Origin: Lama guanicoe
Lineage: Eukaryota
Assembly: GCA_013239625.1 (NCBI GenBank)
Contig: MU054323.1
Location: 4,318,214-4,382,213 of the forward strand
DNA: 64,000 nt
Reading direction: 5' to 3'
The notes beneath the pieces were generated by a model, which did not search any database, had not been told where the DNA came from, and saw only the letters and a program-made list of their open reading frames with translations. The position numbers were made by a program, and so were the translations under genes. This document shows positions 60,851 to 64,000 of the stretch, one piece after another; the first letter of the stretch is position 1; each line of letters starts with the position of its first letter.

Positions 60851-63624
60851 AGGAGCAAGTGGGAAAGACAGCTGTGGGTTTCATTGAAATGAGATCTGTA
60901 CCATCAGGTGCTGTCAGGTGGAAATGGCAGGGTAAGTAGCATATTTGATAGCAACCAAGATAAGGTTCCCTTGCAAATTGAACTTGAAACAAGCTAGATA
61001 TAAATACAGATCTATTAAGGCAAAACGCTTCATGTGTCAGTATCTATTAACTGCTTGATGCTGAGATGTATTTGTGCTGAGTGGCAGGAGCTGGTGGGCC
61101 TGCCAGTCCCAGTAGGGTATAAGACCAAGAGAGGTTTTTCCCAAAGAGAAGTATTTGCTTACAAGCACACGCAGCCCCTGTTGTATTACAATGTGATTAT
61201 ACTTCAGGCTCTTCTGAGAGATAAAATTGTCTGTGATGGAAATCAGAGGGAGAGCACAATGCAGGGCTGGGGGCTGGTTGGCAGCATGCAAGATCAAACT
61301 CTCTTTTAACTTGTATCAGACAAGGGATTAACATTGGATTTTGTGATATTTTTGACTGATATTCATATAGTTCCATTAAGAACAATCTTGGGAAATTATC
61401 TGAATGCATCTCCTTAAATGACAAGAATAGATGATACATTTTTATCTCCATAGCTGTCCTTAAGAAGAAGAGGATTCTGTAGACACTGGGGATTAACTTT
61501 GCTCTGTATTTTTGCAATTATATAATTTCCCCATCTTGAATTAGTAAAGTAGAGCCAATGGTTTTCCCTCATTTCATGGAGAGCAAGCATATCACACTAT
61601 AGGGAAGCCAGGAATCTCCTTCTGTTTTGTTTCTATCACCTGCAACATACCATAGTACAAATGTCTCTCACTGTGATGAAAAATGTACACGTCTATGCAG
61701 AACGATATCTGATTCAACATTGTATTTCTGTTTATCCAGCATGCCACTTTGAAAGGACAAACACATGCATTTCATTTACCATCTGATCTTTATTTTATTC
61801 TAACTCTCTCTCTTTACCATGCATACTGGGGTCTGTAGCTTCCAGCCCAGATTTATGAGATAATAGACTGATCCTGCTGCCTCAGGGATAAGATTACAAC
61901 AATGAAAGTTTTGAGTCCAATAAAATTTTTTCAATGATGTTTTTGCTCTTTTTTACCCCAATATTTGTAATGAATTTTTATATTTATTGAGTTTCATGAA
62001 ATCCTGTAGCTCTTCCAGCGATAACCAATTACAACCCTTTGTCCTGTTGTGCAGGGTTAAATTTGGTTGAAATAGAACCAGGTCTGAGTGTCCAATGATC
62101 AGTTTAGATTTCAGAGAAATTAATAATGTTGCTTTATCCATGGAAGTACTTTAGAAAGTTTGAGTGTACAGACTGGGTAGAAATTGGCAATATTGCTCTT
62201 ACCATAATTCACAGAGTTTAGGCTACACCAGTATGGAGACAAGAATACCATTTCAGTAATAATTACGAAAAAAAATTGTTCATCCACCAATCCTTCCTCT
62301 CACTTCTTCCAGATAGTTCTGTGAAGCCCCAGAATCTCTTATGTAACCCACGGACCAGTGGTGTTCTTAGAAACTTCACTAGAATTAGCCATTTTTCTCC
62401 TCTTATGTTGTGACTGCTCTAATGATGTCTGCTATTTCAATACTCTGTCTTGCTGTCCCCATTAAACCATTTAAAGATTCTAGTAATTTTAATATCTTTC
62501 ATCTAGGTCACATCATCCTAGCTTCTTCTTGCCCCTGAAAGCAGGATAAATATAATTATTCAGACCATGAGCTACACTTTCAGATTGAAAATATTGTCAC
62601 AGCTTACATCATCACGTTTTTTAGTAAGAAGGATCACTAGTTGTTACTTGTAAATCTTTCTCTTTTTCAGATTTTGTATGAAATAGGATATGATCTGTAG
62701 TCAAATGAGGCAAATCTGTTCCAGTCATTAGTTTTCACTGTCCGTTGGGAGAATAAGGGGAAGTAGGAGAAATGTTCCCTGTTTGACAACTCTACATAAT
62801 TTACCCAGCCAGTGAAATATCCTCTCTGGGTCAAACTGAAATGAGCCACCTTGTCAATTAGTGCTGGCGTCTTCTCCAGTAAATAGATCTGTCTCTTTGT
62901 ACTGCTTCATTGTGTAAAGAAAAATGTCCCCTGAAGTGAGAGTGGTTAGTTATTGTAATACACGAGTCTTTAGTTTTGTATTGGCTGAATGGCTTAGATT
63001 TCTAGAACAAAAGATCATCCCTTTTAAAACTCTTCCCCTCCTCCTCCAGGGTACCTTTTCTCAAAAGTACATGGCAGATGAGGCAGCTTTTGGTAAACTT
63101 TTGTATAACATGCATCCCAGTTGGACTAGAACTGGGCCTCTGTTAAGTAGAACAAGTAACAGCCCTTCCCCAGCATCAGTTGCATAGTCTGATTTACATG
63201 AGGTTGAGGCATCTTCTAGGAATCTGACTCAACAATGGAGTTCAAGCATATCTGGAAGGCTGGATGATGGGTAGACTCATTGGTAACAAAAATGCACAGT
63301 GAGGGTAACTATCTTATACAGAGTCAACTGATCATAATAACAGATGAAGTCTGGCTTCAGTGATCAAGAATCTGCAACAGGGCATGAGGGTGAGAAGAAA
63401 GAAGCAGTTCTGTTCGTAATGTGTTGGCTATGAAAATAATTTCACCTGGAATATAACAGGTGACCCTTGCTGGCTGTTTCATTTCTGTCCCTATCAATAG
63501 TTACACATATGGATACTATTTTTTTCTAACTAAAAATACAAATGCATATTTACACACTTATTTGTATAACAGATTAAACCACAATCCATGTATTGGAGCA
63601 GCATAATTACATCCACATATAAGC

Positions 63625-63691
63625 ATTTGCATATGAAAGTCCTTGATTTGCATGGACAATTATAAGTACTCTTTTTTTTGCTGATGCAAAT
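63625..63691. promoter_or_regulatory. Cluster of three perfect octamer (POU) motifs, candidate enhancer
   Basis: ATTTGCAT at 63625-63632 and 63646-63653, ATGCAAAT at 63684-63691, in DNA with no recognisable repeat. Confidence 0.4.
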
Positions 63692-64000
63692 GAAGAAACA
63701 CCTTTGGAAAATTGGCCTCATAATTTCTAATCATATATCATTGAGTGGTGCATACAGTTTTAGGCAAGGAATTGGCATCATTTTAAGAATAAGAAGTCAT
63801 TTAGGAAGATTTTCTCTGGGAGAAGCACTTCACAGAATAATCTTATTTTTCTAATAATTGCTTACAAATTGAGCATCCAATAGTCCAAAGCTGAAGGAGA
63901 TAAAGAAGTGACTTGGTGGCTCCTGGATAAGCACAGAATGGTGTACTTGACTTCACTCGACTGTCAGATGAAGACTTTTATAAATGTTTTCATTAGAAGC

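Noticed and set aside
62100..62210. Minus-strand peptide ILPISTQSVHSNF, faintly like the hAT dimerisation motif (LPxSTAxxERxFS)
   Set aside because: The key ERxFS residues are absent, and I found no flanking transposase similarity or TIRs.
62667..62849. 60-aa minus ORF and a strong plus-strand acceptor at about 62670
   Set aside because: Peptide not recognised. On plus, stops follow the acceptor and no matching donor was evident.
1..64000. tRNA, rRNA, snRNA, miRNA genes or a prokaryotic/viral gene system
   Set aside because: None recognised by eye. Infernal/Rfam and tRNAscan-SE would be needed to exclude small RNAs. The LTRs are solo, with no gag/pol/env remnants seen.

Overview
This is eutherian (placental mammal) nuclear DNA: AT-rich, CpG-depleted and dominated by decayed interspersed repeats (L1M-type LINE-1, L2, MIR, MLT1/MaLR LTRs, MER5, and one near-complete Tigger1 DNA transposon). 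I found no credible host protein-coding gene, RNA gene or prokaryote-type system. The listed ORFs are chance ORFs or repeat fragments, and the only recognisable protein sequence is the broken Tigger1 transposase (about 54.55-56.3 kb). The window reads as a gene desert or large intron. One younger L1 3' end resembles Cetartiodactyla elements, and I saw no ruminant, pig, whale, dog or primate SINEs, which tentatively suggests a camelid-like host. The most notable signals are: (1) short CpG/GC peaks where old repeats differ from consensus almost only by A/T-to-G/C changes, as expected of GC-biased gene conversion; (2) candidate cis-regulatory motifs in repeat-free DNA (triple octamer, Sox+3+Oct composite, perfect CTCF core, paired Hox-like repeats, Pbx-Hox/Meis sites with an IR3 palindrome); (3) nested transposon insertions that give a relative chronology; (4) a few isolated exon-like segments. 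Repeat calls rest on remembered consensus sequences, boundaries are approximate, and subfamily names are tentative. I cannot support a claim of a new biological system.
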